Positions 16,473-26,005 of a stretch of 51,254 nt of DNA are shown piece after piece. The notes below the pieces were generated by a model. That model did not search any database. It was not told where the DNA came from and saw nothing but the letters and a program-made list of their open reading frames with translations. Position numbers and translations under genes: made by a program. Positions within the stretch are counted from its first letter, which is position 1. The number at the start of each line of letters is the position of its first letter. Origin of the DNA: Candidatus Xenobia bacterium (GTDB taxonomy: Bacteria; Vulcanimicrobiota; Xenobia; Xenobiales; QWHO01); NCBI GenBank assembly GCA_045863235.1, contig BTUM01000057.1, positions 1 to 51,254 of the forward strand, in the 5' to 3' direction.

Positions 16473-18199
16473 CGGACCTGGTCGGAGGGCCAGGGTCCCT
16501 GATGCTGGAAAGCGTCGAGCAAGATCCCGTGGACCTCGCCGTGAGCGGTCTCGACCCAGGCCGGCCCATCCGGTCCGAAGTCCCCCTGGTGCTCTTCCGC
16601 CATCGTGGTCAGGAATTCCTTGCGGCGGACCCCGTAGGAGGAGGCGAGGAGCCCTCCCTGGCTGAGGATGTCGCTGTGGATCCGATCCAGTCGGTCCAGC
16701 ACTTCTGGCTCGAGATACCGATCCTCGAGCAGATGGACCAGCTCGTGGCGCGCCAGGCCTGGCTTGTCGGTCAGGTTGGACTTGTTGGTCATCACCACGT
16801 GGCCGACGTCGGACCGGAGGTGGCATCCGGAGCTGTAGCCCAATTCGGACACAAGCAGAGCTCTGATCGAGTCGGAGAAGATGGGAAGACTGGTGAAATG
16901 CTTGCCTTCCGGGACCACGAAGAGATGGACCGGCAAGGCCATGCTCGAAAGACGGCTGGCGAGAAGCTTGAGACGGCCCCTGGCCTCCTCCTCGCCCCAC
17001 CCCTCGGCGCTCGCCCCACACTCCTGGCGACAGAGCTCGAGCAGGTCCGGGGAGGGGGGGCCTTCTTCGAAGCGGGCGAGCAGCCCGTTGACCCGCTCCA
17101 GCCTGGACTGGAGCTCATCGGGCTGCCGTTTGGCCTCGGAGGGGCCGCAGATCTCCTGGAACATCTGCTTGAATCGCTCGGCCGATTCCTCATCGGGAGC
17201 ATAGAGAAAGACCTTGGGAGCGATCTCCACCCCTTTCTGGGTCCAGGCCTGCTTCTCCATGGGCTCCAGCTCTTCGGCTGTGGCCGGGGAAGGGCTCAAG
17301 ATCTCGAGGCGATCACGCAACACGTGGACGGGTCGACTCAGCGGGCCCCACTCGGTTTCGTACACGGTGCGATGGACCCACACCGGCGGCGCGTGGCCGG
17401 TATCCTTCTGGTAGCGCTGGGCAAAGGATGTGGAAGCCAGACCCGGCCCGGTGTCCCGGTGAGGGAAGATGACTTCGCCGCGGGGCTCATACACGATGGC
17501 ATCCTGCTGCACGGCCCAACGGGTGAGCTCAGGGGTAAAGCGGGCCAGGACCTGATCGGTCGACCCGCGGTCGTTCAGAGCGGGGCCCTGAAACACTTCT
17601 CCCTCGCGGGGAGTCTCCGCGTAGCGCAAGTGCTTGCACTGGAGGGTGAACTGGCCGGTAGCGTCCAGTTTCACCTCGGCCAGTTCGGCCGGCACGCCGT
17701 AGCCGTGGGGTCCGCGCGCAATCCAGAGAGGGGGAGGTTTCTCCTCGTCACGCCGGGCCCGGTCTCGAATCTGCGGGTGAACGAGATCGATCGGCTCGGA
17801 GGCGGCCGGGCGGACCTCGGCAGTGGCCAGGTCGACTCCGGCGCCCAGGCTCTGGAGTTTGGCCACGGCCTCGGGACTGAACCGGATGGCAAACGAGCAC
17901 GGAGCGCCGTGCCAGTCCCGCGTCTCGACCTGGTACTCGCGCCCGGGCTCGGGCACCAGCAGACCGGGAAGACTGAGCTCGGTCAGGGTCACCGGGACGG
18001 CGCCGGGAGGCGCCGTGGCGGACTCGGACGAGGCGGCGGAAGGTTGTTGCGTCGCGGCAACCGACTCTTGCCGGGTGGGAGCCTCACTTACGGGGCCGGA
18101 CACGTATTGATCGCGGACCGGCTCGAGCTCAGTTCCTGGCGTGAAGGCTCGGGCAGGGAGAACGTGAGCCCCGGTGATGATTGATTCGACTGACCTCAC
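16469..18199 (-). CDS. Hypothetical protein with a C-terminal HExxH zinc metallopeptidase-like (lethal-factor-like) domain
   Basis: ARHELVHLLED (16733-16747) is followed by SSYG...KEFLTTMAE; the N-terminus is low-complexity. Confidence 0.6.
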   Translation of the reverse strand: MRSVESIITGAHVLPARAFTPGTELEPVRDQYVSGPVSEAPTRQESVAATQQPSAASSESATAPPGAVPVTLTELSLPGLLVPEPGREYQVETRDWHGAPCSFAIRFSPEAVAKLQSLGAGVDLATAEVRPAASEPIDLVHPQIRDRARRDEEKPPPLWIARGPHGYGVPAELAEVKLDATGQFTLQCKHLRYAETPREGEVFQGPALNDRGSTDQVLARFTPELTRWAVQQDAIVYEPRGEVIFPHRDTGPGLASTSFAQRYQKDTGHAPPVWVHRTVYETEWGPLSRPVHVLRDRLEILSPSPATAEELEPMEKQAWTQKGVEIAPKVFLYAPDEESAERFKQMFQEICGPSEAKRQPDELQSRLERVNGLLARFEEGPPSPDLLELCRQECGASAEGWGEEEARGRLKLLASRLSSMALPVHLFVVPEGKHFTSLPIFSDSIRALLVSELGYSSGCHLRSDVGHVVMTNKSNLTDKPGLARHELVHLLEDRYLEPEVLDRLDRIHSDILSQGGLLASSYGVRRKEFLTTMAEEHQGDFGPDGPAWVETAHGEVHGILLDAFQHQGPWPSDQVR

Positions 18200-18303
18200 T
18201 CGGAGGAAGTATTCTCTAAGTCCGGCAACAAACCCCCTCGAGGTTGACCTGCCGGGCGCCTGTTTCGGGCCCTTTTCAGGCTGGCGTTCTACCCTGAGGC
18301 CAG

Positions 18304-19563
18304 ATGAGCTTCAAAACCTCCTGGTTGCGCTTCACCGGGGTGATCCCGCCGGGTCGCTATGATCCGGCCTCGGGAGAGGTTCGTCATTACCTCGAGACTC
18401 GCCGCGGGATGCTCGAATCTCAGGAACGACACGGCTCGGTACTGGTGCGCCGCACCCAGAGTGGCGAGTGGAGGCCGATCGAGCCACGCGACGGTCTGAC
18501 CCTGACCCACAACAATTCTCAGCTCGGCTTCTGGAAGGACGGAGCGGCCATCTTGCCGGCTGATGGCAGGATCTCCGGAACGGAGGTTGTCTCCTTTCAG
18601 GAAGCCTACCCGGAACGGAAGAACTGGGAGCTCGACCTGTGGGCCGACCACGCCGTCCTGACCTTTCACGATGGCAAGCCTCGCACGGGCAAGATCGAGA
18701 CCCCCCAGGTGGGAAAACTGCGCAAGCCGGTCAAGCACAAGGCCGTGCAGCAGCTCAAAAGCGACCCGCTGGCGGCCGTGTCCAGACGCTTCGTGGGCCT
18801 GCTCGAGCGACGCATCCCCACCAACTTCGAGATCCCAAGCCAGGAGCGGCGCGACAAGATTCTAGCTGCCCTGGAGCCGGGTGACGTGATTTTGGAGACC
18901 AATCTGGCTTACCCGGGCTGGAAGCAGATGCTGCACCACGGGCTCGGCTCCAACTACACCCACGCGGCCATCTACGAGGGGGACGGCAAGTTTCTGGAGG
19001 CAACCCCGCACGGTGGCGTGCAGCGCTCCGACCTGGAGAAGTACTTCAACGACACGGTCAAGATAGCCATTATCAAGATGCCGTACGCCACCGAGGCCGA
19101 CCGCCAGGCGGCTCTGAACAACTTCCGCTCCATTCGGGGCAAGCCGTACAATCGCACCCCGAACTTCCTCGAGTCGGCCCATCCCCAGGCTTTTGGCTGC
19201 ACCGAAGCGGTCACTTACTGCCTGGAGAATCTGCCCAACCCGATCCGGGTGCCTCGCGCCGTGGTGCTGACCGGGCATGAGGCGGTCAGTCCGGCGGCCT
19301 TCAAAGAGATCCCGGGGGCGGTGGTCAAGTACGATGATGAGGCAGACTACTACCAGGACCTGCAGCACAGCTGGCCGGTTGGAGCTGTGGGCCTGGGTAC
19401 CGGGCTGGTCACCGATGCCCTGGCTACGTCCTTGCTGGGCCTGTCACCCCTGGCGGCGGCGGCCGTCGGGGTGGTCGGTGGGGCGGTGGGCTACTATCTC
19501 ACCGTCTCGTTTGGCAACTGGCGTCAGAAAGGGAAGTTCGGGATGTTCGTGGACGGAAAGTAG
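18304..19563 (+). CDS. Permuted NlpC/P60 (YiiX/YebB-like) papain-like hydrolase with a C-terminal hydrophobic Gly-rich region
   Basis: LEPGDVIL, YTHAAIYEGDG, GKPY and FGCTEAV show the His-before-Cys permuted order. Confidence 0.8.
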   Translation: MSFKTSWLRFTGVIPPGRYDPASGEVRHYLETRRGMLESQERHGSVLVRRTQSGEWRPIEPRDGLTLTHNNSQLGFWKDGAAILPADGRISGTEVVSFQEAYPERKNWELDLWADHAVLTFHDGKPRTGKIETPQVGKLRKPVKHKAVQQLKSDPLAAVSRRFVGLLERRIPTNFEIPSQERRDKILAALEPGDVILETNLAYPGWKQMLHHGLGSNYTHAAIYEGDGKFLEATPHGGVQRSDLEKYFNDTVKIAIIKMPYATEADRQAALNNFRSIRGKPYNRTPNFLESAHPQAFGCTEAVTYCLENLPNPIRVPRAVVLTGHEAVSPAAFKEIPGAVVKYDDEADYYQDLQHSWPVGAVGLGTGLVTDALATSLLGLSPLAAAAVGVVGGAVGYYLTVSFGNWRQKGKFGMFVDGK

Positions 19564-19566
19564 TCC

Positions 19567-20010
19567 CTACTGTCCGTTCCAAACCGGCGGCTCGCCGTCG
19601 AACTTGACCGGCTCCTCGCCGCCACCGTTGTAGTAGACCCAGACCTTGGGCTTGATAGTGGTGGCGCCGTAGATTTCCCACTTGAAGTTGAGGTACTTTT
19701 TGTCGCCGGCGTTGAGCTCGCCGATGTCCTTGGTGAGAGTCTCCAGTTTGCGGCCGTTGTTGCCGTTGTAGATCACCATCTCGACCTTCACGCCGTCCAC
19801 GGCGACGTCGCTCACGTTCTTGAGCCAGATGGTGGCGTCGCCTCGCATGGCGCCGAGCGTGGTTCCATTGTCGGAGTTGATGACGCCTTTGAGCACTGCC
19901 AGAGGGTGCTTGCCCTTGAGCTTCTTATCGTCGTCATCGGCCCGGGCGGCCAGGGCCACCAGAGCGACCAGAAAGGCGCATGAGAGCGCCAGCAAACTGT
20001 TTCGATTCAT
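19567..20010 (-). CDS. Secreted hypothetical protein (beta-rich, Ig-like)
   Basis: RBS AGGAGG; signal peptide ending ARA; LKNVSDVAVDGVKV...GELNAGDKK. Confidence 0.8.
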   Translation of the reverse strand: MNRNSLLALSCAFLVALVALAARADDDDKKLKGKHPLAVLKGVINSDNGTTLGAMRGDATIWLKNVSDVAVDGVKVEMVIYNGNNGRKLETLTKDIGELNAGDKKYLNFKWEIYGATTIKPKVWVYYNGGGEEPVKFDGEPPVWNGQ

Positions 20011-20218
20011 TGACCATCCTCCTGAAAGCGGTGGCTCATGTGTTGAGCGTTACGTGCTGAAGGTTTTTGCCATCCTTCGGGTGCGCCTCCAACCAGGCCT
20101 ATCGGCGCAAAATTACCGCGAAACCTTGTTCACTTTAACTCTGTCCGTTGAACCGTAGGAAACCGCAGAAGTTGCGCAGACGGTTCTCAACCCGCTCGCA
20201 GATTCTGGCTCCGGCCGG

Positions 20219-20926
20219 TCAACCCTGCAATGCGCGAGTGAGAAAGTCGAGCGCCTCGAGCACTTCCTCGCGCGAGCGGCTCTCCAGCGTCAGCTCCACC
20301 TTCCAGACCTCTTCTTCGGCGTAGGGATACGAGCCCAACCGGAGATCGGGAAAGCGCTCCACGGCCTGCTCCAGGATCAGGGCGATGTCGGCCTCCTGGG
20401 CCACCAGCTTGAGCTTCTCCAGATGGTAGGGGATGCCGGCGAAGTGATCGGCCACCGCCTCGAATTTCTCCCGCAGCAGCTCGGGCACGCCCGGAAAGAT
20501 GTACACGTTGCCTACAACCAGCTGGGGAAAGCGCCGGCCCCTGGGATAGATCAGCTTCGAGCCGGCCGGCACGCGCGTCATGCGGGCCTGGACCTCGGTC
20601 AAGCGCTCGACCTTGTAGTAGGCCCTGACCAGGGCTTCCAGCTCGGGCAGGGCCTCGAGCTCCGTGCCCAGACCGTGCGCGACCCCGGCCAGAGTCACGT
20701 CGTCGTGGGTCGGACCTACCCCTCCACTGGTCACGACCAGGTCGAAGGCGCGGCTGGCCGATGCCACCGCCCGGCCGACCTCCTCCACCTCGTCGCTCAC
20801 CACCTCCACCCGGCGCAGCTCGGCGCCCAACTCGTAGAGCCTTCGGGCCAGAAAGGGGGTGTTCTGATCGTGCACCTTGCCCGTCAGAATCTCGTTGCCG
20901 ATGATCACCAACCCGACGCTGGGCAC
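20219..20926 (-). CDS. CinA N-terminal-like (molybdopterin-binding domain) protein
   Basis: From GTG 20926: IIGNEILTGKVHDQN, TSGGVGPTHDDVT and IFPGVP; no C-terminal PncC domain. Confidence 0.85.
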   Translation of the reverse strand: MPSVGLVIIGNEILTGKVHDQNTPFLARRLYELGAELRRVEVVSDEVEEVGRAVASASRAFDLVVTSGGVGPTHDDVTLAGVAHGLGTELEALPELEALVRAYYKVERLTEVQARMTRVPAGSKLIYPRGRRFPQLVVGNVYIFPGVPELLREKFEAVADHFAGIPYHLEKLKLVAQEADIALILEQAVERFPDLRLGSYPYAEEEVWKVELTLESRSREEVLEALDFLTRALQG

Positions 20927-20928
20927 TC

Positions 20929-22626
20929 TTAGAAACCCTCCACCAGGCCGGGTCTGCGCGGGTCCGTGCCTCCCTCCCACCAACCATCGGGACGCCGCCA
21001 GATCATCTGCACGTGGCCGAAAGTGTTGCGGGGGCTAAGAGTATGGCCGTAGGAGCGCAACAGCCCAAGGGTATCAGGGCTGATCCCTTCTTCGAAGTAG
21101 AGCTCGTCGGGCAGCCACTGGTGGTGAACCCGGGCGGCAGCAACCGCCGATTGGGCGTTGAGATGGAAGTCGATCACGTTCAAAATAGCCTGCAACACGG
21201 CCGTGATGATACGCGAGCCGCCCGGCGAGCCGACTACGGCCACCAGCTGGTCGTCCTTCTCCAGGATGGTAGGGGTCATCGAGGAGAGGGGGCGCTTGCC
21301 CGGCTGCACGGAGTTGGCTTCGCCGCCTACGAGGCCGAAGCCGTTTGGCGACCCGGGAGCGGCGGAGAAGTCATCCATCTCGTCGTTGAGCAAGATTCCG
21401 GTGCCCTCGGCCACTGCTTTGGAGCCATAGGAGAAGTTCAGCGTATAGGTGAGGGAGACCGCCATTCCGTGGCCATCCACCACCGAAAAGTGGGTGGTCT
21501 GGGGAGGCTCGTCGGGTGGCTTGCCGGCCTGAACCTGGCTCGACTTGCGGGCTACCCCGGCCTTGATCTGTCCACGCAGCTCGGTGGCGTAGCCTTTGGA
21601 GGTCAGCCAGTCCACCGGCACCTTGAAGAAGTCGGGATCGCCAAGCCAGGTCGCCCGGTCGGCGTAGGCACTGCGCATGGCCTCGGCCAGGAGGTGCAGC
21701 GTGGCGGCCGAGTTGTGGCCCAGAGCGGCCAGGTCGTAGCCCTCCAGGATGTTCAGCATCTGCACCAGGTGCACGCCGCCCGAAGATGGCGGCGGCATTG
21801 CGTAGACCGCAAAGCCCCGGTAGGTGCCCTCCACGGGCTTGCGCCAGAGGGCTCGGTAGGCGGCCAGGTCGGCCATGGTCATCACGCCGCCATTCTTCTG
21901 GATGGACGCGATCATTCGCTGGCCTACCTGGCCGCGGTAGAAGGCGGCCGAGCCCATCTCGCCGATCTGCTCCAGGCTCCAGGCCAGGTCTTTTTGAAAC
22001 AGGCGGTCTCCCACCTCGGGCACCTTGTTCCCCGGCAAAAAGATGGCGGCCGTGGCGGGGAATTTGCGCAGGTCGTCCTGGACCCTGGCGAGGTCGTCTG
22101 CCAGGTCTCGGGTCACCAGCATGCCCTCGGCGGCCAGCCTGCGGGCCGGCTCGACGGCCTTTCGCAGGCTGATTGTCCCGTAGCGTTTCAAGACGGCCTC
22201 CATGCCGGCCACCGTGCCAGGAACGCCGCAGGACTGGTAGCCGAGCGTGATGCGCTGGCGGTCGACCTGGCCCTGGGCGTCGAGGTAGAAGTCGCGATGG
22301 GTGGCGGCGGGGGCCGTCTCCCGAAAGTCCAGGGCCTCGATCTGGCCGTCTCGGGTTCGCACCAGCAAGAAGCCGCCTCCGCCCAGGTTGCCCGCGCTGG
22401 GCAGGGTGACAGCCAGGACGAACGCGGTGGTCACAGCCGCGTCCACGGCGTTGCCGCCCTGCCGCATGACCTCCAGGCCGGCCCGGGTCGCATGGGCCTC
22501 GGCCGAGGCCACCATCGCGTGGTGGGCTCGAGTGCTCTGGAAGCGGCTGGGAGCCTCCTCGGGGATAGGGGGCTGGGCCCGGACCAGGCCCGTCAGCAGG
22601 CAGAAAAGGAGAAGCATCGAGCGCAT
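20929..22626 (-). CDS. ggt: Gamma-glutamyltransferase
   Basis: Motifs GGNAVDAAV, LDFRETAP, QTTHFSVVD (catalytic Thr), LLNDEMDDF, PLSSMTP and GSPGGSRI; signal peptide. Confidence 0.95.
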   Translation of the reverse strand: MRSMLLLFCLLTGLVRAQPPIPEEAPSRFQSTRAHHAMVASAEAHATRAGLEVMRQGGNAVDAAVTTAFVLAVTLPSAGNLGGGGFLLVRTRDGQIEALDFRETAPAATHRDFYLDAQGQVDRQRITLGYQSCGVPGTVAGMEAVLKRYGTISLRKAVEPARRLAAEGMLVTRDLADDLARVQDDLRKFPATAAIFLPGNKVPEVGDRLFQKDLAWSLEQIGEMGSAAFYRGQVGQRMIASIQKNGGVMTMADLAAYRALWRKPVEGTYRGFAVYAMPPPSSGGVHLVQMLNILEGYDLAALGHNSAATLHLLAEAMRSAYADRATWLGDPDFFKVPVDWLTSKGYATELRGQIKAGVARKSSQVQAGKPPDEPPQTTHFSVVDGHGMAVSLTYTLNFSYGSKAVAEGTGILLNDEMDDFSAAPGSPNGFGLVGGEANSVQPGKRPLSSMTPTILEKDDQLVAVVGSPGGSRIITAVLQAILNVIDFHLNAQSAVAAARVHHQWLPDELYFEEGISPDTLGLLRSYGHTLSPRNTFGHVQMIWRRPDGWWEGGTDPRRPGLVEGF

Positions 22627-22685
22627 TCCAACGCGTTCGCCGAATCGGTAGGGGAGCCCTCGCTGATGGCGAAGCCCACTCCACT

Positions 22686-23843
22686 ATGGCAAACACGCGA
22701 CGAGTCAAGAGCTTTGATGATTGGAAAGAGTACTTTCGGGAATGGCAGAAGGACCTCGGTCTGGAGGAGGTTGCCGAATCGATTGGAGGCCTTCCGCCCT
22801 ACGAGTTTCACATCGGCTGGGGGGATCTCAAGAGCGATGAGGTCGAGTTTGGCGCCCATCGCGGCAATCGCAAGTGGGAAAAGCTCGTGGAAGTGCCCGA
22901 TCAGCGGGCCCGCGACACCCTGTATGAGCTGATTCGCTACCAGGGCGATACCGAGTTCGCCTCCTCCGAGCAGCAGCGCCACCTTTTGACCGTTGCGCCC
23001 TCTCAGGCAGACCTCACCTCGCTGATCCGGGTGATCCGTGAGGAGGGCCGTCACGGCTGGCAGATGGCCTACCTGCTGATCGACCATTATGGTCGTGAAG
23101 GGGCCCGCGAGGCGGAAAAGCTGCTCGAGCGCCGCTCGACCGCTCTCAGTGGCAGCCGGGCCAACCGCCGTCTGCTGCACACATTCAACGAGCCCATCCG
23201 CGACTGGATCGACCTCTACTATTACGCCGAGCTCGTGGACCGGGACGGCAAGTTCCAGCTCGACATGCTGAGCCGCTGTGGATTCGCTCCGCTGGCCCGC
23301 TCCACGGTTTACATGCTGGGGGAGGAGTCCTACCACCTGCGCTTCGGCCACCTCGGACTCAAACGTATCATTCAAGTCGGCCACGTGCCCATGGCGATCA
23401 TGCAGAGATACCTCAACAAGTGGGTCTCTTCGGCCCTGGACCTGTTCGGCAAGGACGCGTCCTCAACAGCTACCTGGGCCTATGAGTGGGGCTTGAAGAG
23501 CCGTTTCAACGAGCATCGGTGCCCGCCCCTCGACGAGGGCGAGCGCGAAGAGCTCAACGACTTCTCGCGCCTGGCCTACTACCGCGAGGTTCAGGGACTG
23601 ATGCGCCAGTTGAACCGATTCCGCAAGAAAGGCGAGCCCGAGCTGACCCTGCCCGACTTCCGCTTCAATCGCAAGGTCGGCAAGTATGCCGGCAAGTGCT
23701 TCGGGGTGGATGGCAAGGAAGTCAAGCCCGAGGAATACAAGGACTACGTCAAATCCCACCTGCCCACCGAGAAGGATGAGTCCTTTTTGAAGGGGCTCTT
23801 CGAGTCGGGAGAGCAGTGGGTGGCCCCGATGGTGGCTGACTGA
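22686..23843 (+). CDS. BoxB/PaaA-like ferritin-fold di-iron aryl-CoA epoxidase subunit
   Basis: Motifs QGDTEFASSEQQRHL, EEGRHGWQMAYLL, DRDGKFQL, FAPLARS, EESYH and LDLFG. Confidence 0.8.
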   Translation: MANTRRVKSFDDWKEYFREWQKDLGLEEVAESIGGLPPYEFHIGWGDLKSDEVEFGAHRGNRKWEKLVEVPDQRARDTLYELIRYQGDTEFASSEQQRHLLTVAPSQADLTSLIRVIREEGRHGWQMAYLLIDHYGREGAREAEKLLERRSTALSGSRANRRLLHTFNEPIRDWIDLYYYAELVDRDGKFQLDMLSRCGFAPLARSTVYMLGEESYHLRFGHLGLKRIIQVGHVPMAIMQRYLNKWVSSALDLFGKDASSTATWAYEWGLKSRFNEHRCPPLDEGEREELNDFSRLAYYREVQGLMRQLNRFRKKGEPELTLPDFRFNRKVGKYAGKCFGVDGKEVKPEEYKDYVKSHLPTEKDESFLKGLFESGEQWVAPMVAD

Positions 23844-23859
23844 GGCGTCAGATTCTGTG

Positions 23860-23889
23860 TTGACAAACCCGTAAGGGTTACGTTATAGT
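23860..23889 (+). promoter_or_regulatory. Sigma70-type promoter of the tRNA/rpmG operon
   Basis: TTGACA-18 bp-TATAGT. Confidence 0.7.
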
Positions 23890-23952
23890 TGCGATGCACT
23901 GGCGAGTCCAGTGCATCCTCGTTTTAGCAAGCCAAATGCTGAAGCGGATCTT

Positions 23953-24028
<76 letters not shown>

Positions 24029-24044
24029 GAGTACATAGGATGAC

Positions 24045-24120
24045 GCTGGGGTAGCTCAGCAGGCAGAGCACGTCCTTGGTAAGGACGAGGTCGGCGGTTC
24101 GAGCCCGCTCCCCAGCTCCA
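24045..24120 (+). tRNA. tRNA-Thr(GGT)
   Basis: 76 nt; anticodon arm CGTCC-TTGGTAA-GGACG, CCA end. Confidence 0.97.
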
Positions 24121-24231
24121 ATTTGTCAAATCGGCGCCTTTTCGGCGGCTGGCTTGCCAGTCTCTGGAGGGGTCGTCGGCCAATCTCGGGAGCTTTTTTT
24201 TTGCCCCGGAGAGAGAGATGGAGGATAAGTC

Positions 24232-24396
24232 ATGGCGAAAAAAGAGGTGCGAACCATCATCACTCTCGCCTGCCAGACTTGCAAGAACCGGAACTATGCT
24301 AGCAAGAAGAACCGGCAGCATAATCCGGATCGAATGGAACTGAACAAGTACTGTTCGACTTGCCGCAAGCACACTCCCCACAAGGAGACGCGCTAA
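24232..24396 (+). CDS. rpmG: 50S ribosomal protein L33 (zinc-binding form)
   Basis: Manual translation [54 protein letters not shown]; not in the ORF track. Confidence 0.96.
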   Translation: MAKKEVRTIITLACQTCKNRNYASKKNRQHNPDRMELNKYCSTCRKHTPHKETR

Positions 24397-24398
24397 CC

Positions 24399-24851
24399 AT
24401 GGCGGCCCAGGAACCGGCCTCCAGCCCCGAGCCTCGCAAGAAGCGTCGGGGCCTGGAGCGTTCGGGCGAGGGGGGCGAAAAGGGCCCCAAGCGCAAGAAG
24501 AAGGGTTCGGGAGCCAAGAAGGCGGCCGCTGCGGCAGCCGGGGCCCCGGTTGCGGCTGGCGTTCCTGCGACGACCGGTGAGCGAGCTGGTAAGGTGAAGA
24601 AGGCGGCTGCGCCGCCTCTTCCTCGCCCGCCCAGCCCTGCCTGGATTCGCATGATGTTGGAGGAGTTCGTCAAGTACCTCCGCTCCGTGCGAGCCGAGAT
24701 GAAGCGTGTGACCTGGCCCAGCGGCAAGGAAGTTCGCCTGGCCACCGTGGTGGTTCTGATTACTCTGGTCGTGGTCACGGGCTATATCGCCATCGTGAAT
24801 ATGTTGCTGAATCTAATTTTTCAGCAAAACCCGACCGGAGTTGGAATGTAA
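24399..24851 (+). CDS. secE: Preprotein translocase SecE with an N-terminal extension
   Basis: YLRSVRAEMKRVTWPS followed by a transmembrane helix; position between rpmG and nusG. Confidence 0.92.
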   Translation: MAAQEPASSPEPRKKRRGLERSGEGGEKGPKRKKKGSGAKKAAAAAAGAPVAAGVPATTGERAGKVKKAAAPPLPRPPSPAWIRMMLEEFVKYLRSVRAEMKRVTWPSGKEVRLATVVVLITLVVVTGYIAIVNMLLNLIFQQNPTGVGM

Positions 24852-24939
24852 GGTGAACCGATGAGAGTTTTGCCGAAACCAGCAAGGTAAGCAAGACTTT
24901 CATCAACGAACGCTCAACAGTTTAAGAGGAGTCCTGGGA

Positions 24940-25545
24940 ATGTCTGAGATCGTCGAGAACACGCCCACCAGTTCCGAGCCGGAAGTGAGCGAAGAAGCCC
25001 CCCGCGACCCGCGGGTGCAGTGGTATGTCGTGCACACCTATTCGGGCTACGAGAACAAGGTCCGCGAAGACCTGCTGCGTCGCATCGAGTCGATGAACAT
25101 GAAAGACTTCATCTTTCAGGTTCTCGTGCCTACCGAGGAGGAGCTCGAGTTCAAGGATGGCAAGAAGAAGACCGTCCAGCGCAAGATTTATCCGGGCTAT
25201 GTGTTCGTGGAGATGATCCTCACCGACCGCTCCTGGGCGGTGGTGCGTCACACGGCCAACGTGACCGGCTTCGTGGGCTCGGGCAATCCCGGTGCCAAGC
25301 CGGTTCCTTTGCCCGAGGAAGAGGTTCGGCGGGTGCGCCAGTTGATGGGTATGGAAGCGCCCACTCGCGTCAAGATCGACCTGGCCGTGGGCCAGGGCGT
25401 GCGGGTCATCCACGGCCCCTTCCAGGACTTCCACGGTCTGGTGGAAGAGGTCAACCCCGAAAAAGAAAAAGTGCGCGTGCTGATCTCCATCTTCGGCCGC
25501 GAGACCCCCGTCGAGCTGGATTTCAGCCAGGTCGAGAAGCTCTAA
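24940..25545 (+). CDS. nusG: Transcription factor NusG
   Basis: Motifs WYVVHTYSGYENKV, YPGYVFVEM and IFGRETPVELDF. Confidence 0.97.
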   Translation: MSEIVENTPTSSEPEVSEEAPRDPRVQWYVVHTYSGYENKVREDLLRRIESMNMKDFIFQVLVPTEEELEFKDGKKKTVQRKIYPGYVFVEMILTDRSWAVVRHTANVTGFVGSGNPGAKPVPLPEEEVRRVRQLMGMEAPTRVKIDLAVGQGVRVIHGPFQDFHGLVEEVNPEKEKVRVLISIFGRETPVELDFSQVEKL

Positions 25546-25569
25546 ATACGTACGAGGTGTTAGCGAGAA

Positions 25570-25995
25570 ATGGCTAAGAAGCTGAAAGCGATCGTCAAAC
25601 TGCAGGTGCCCGCTGGCAAAGCCAACCCGGCTCCTCCGGTCGGCCCCGCCCTGGGCCAGCACGGCGTCAACATCATGGAGTTCGTCAAGCAGTACAATGA
25701 GCGGACGGCCTCCCAGGTGGGCATGATCATCCCCGTCGAGATCAGTATCTTCGAGGACCGCTCGTTCACGTTCGTGACCAAGACCCCTCCGGCCAAGACT
25801 TTGCTCTTGAAGGAAGCGGGGTTGGACAAAGGCTCGGGCGAGCCCAACAAGAAGAAGGTCGGCAAGGTGACGCGGGCTCAGGTCAAGAAGATCGCGGAGA
25901 TCAAGATGCCCGATATCAACGCTCTCGACATGGCCGGCGCGATGAAGATCATCGAAGGCACTGCCCGCAGCATGGGAATCGAAGTCGAAGGGTAA
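25570..25995 (+). CDS. rplK: 50S ribosomal protein L11
   Basis: [21 protein letters not shown]. Confidence 0.98.
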   Translation: MAKKLKAIVKLQVPAGKANPAPPVGPALGQHGVNIMEFVKQYNERTASQVGMIIPVEISIFEDRSFTFVTKTPPAKTLLLKEAGLDKGSGEPNKKKVGKVTRAQVKKIAEIKMPDINALDMAGAMKIIEGTARSMGIEVEG

Positions 25996-26005
25996 CTCCC
26001 TTCAA

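Noticed and set aside
14316..17021. 901-aa minus-strand ORF
   Set aside because: Antisense shadow of the GC-rich glycosidase gene, with no recognisable motifs.
20165..20201. 11-bp periodic GCAG/TCAA repeats upstream of the 19567-20010 gene
   Set aside because: Only 4-bp units with no matching -10 spacing, which is plausible by chance.
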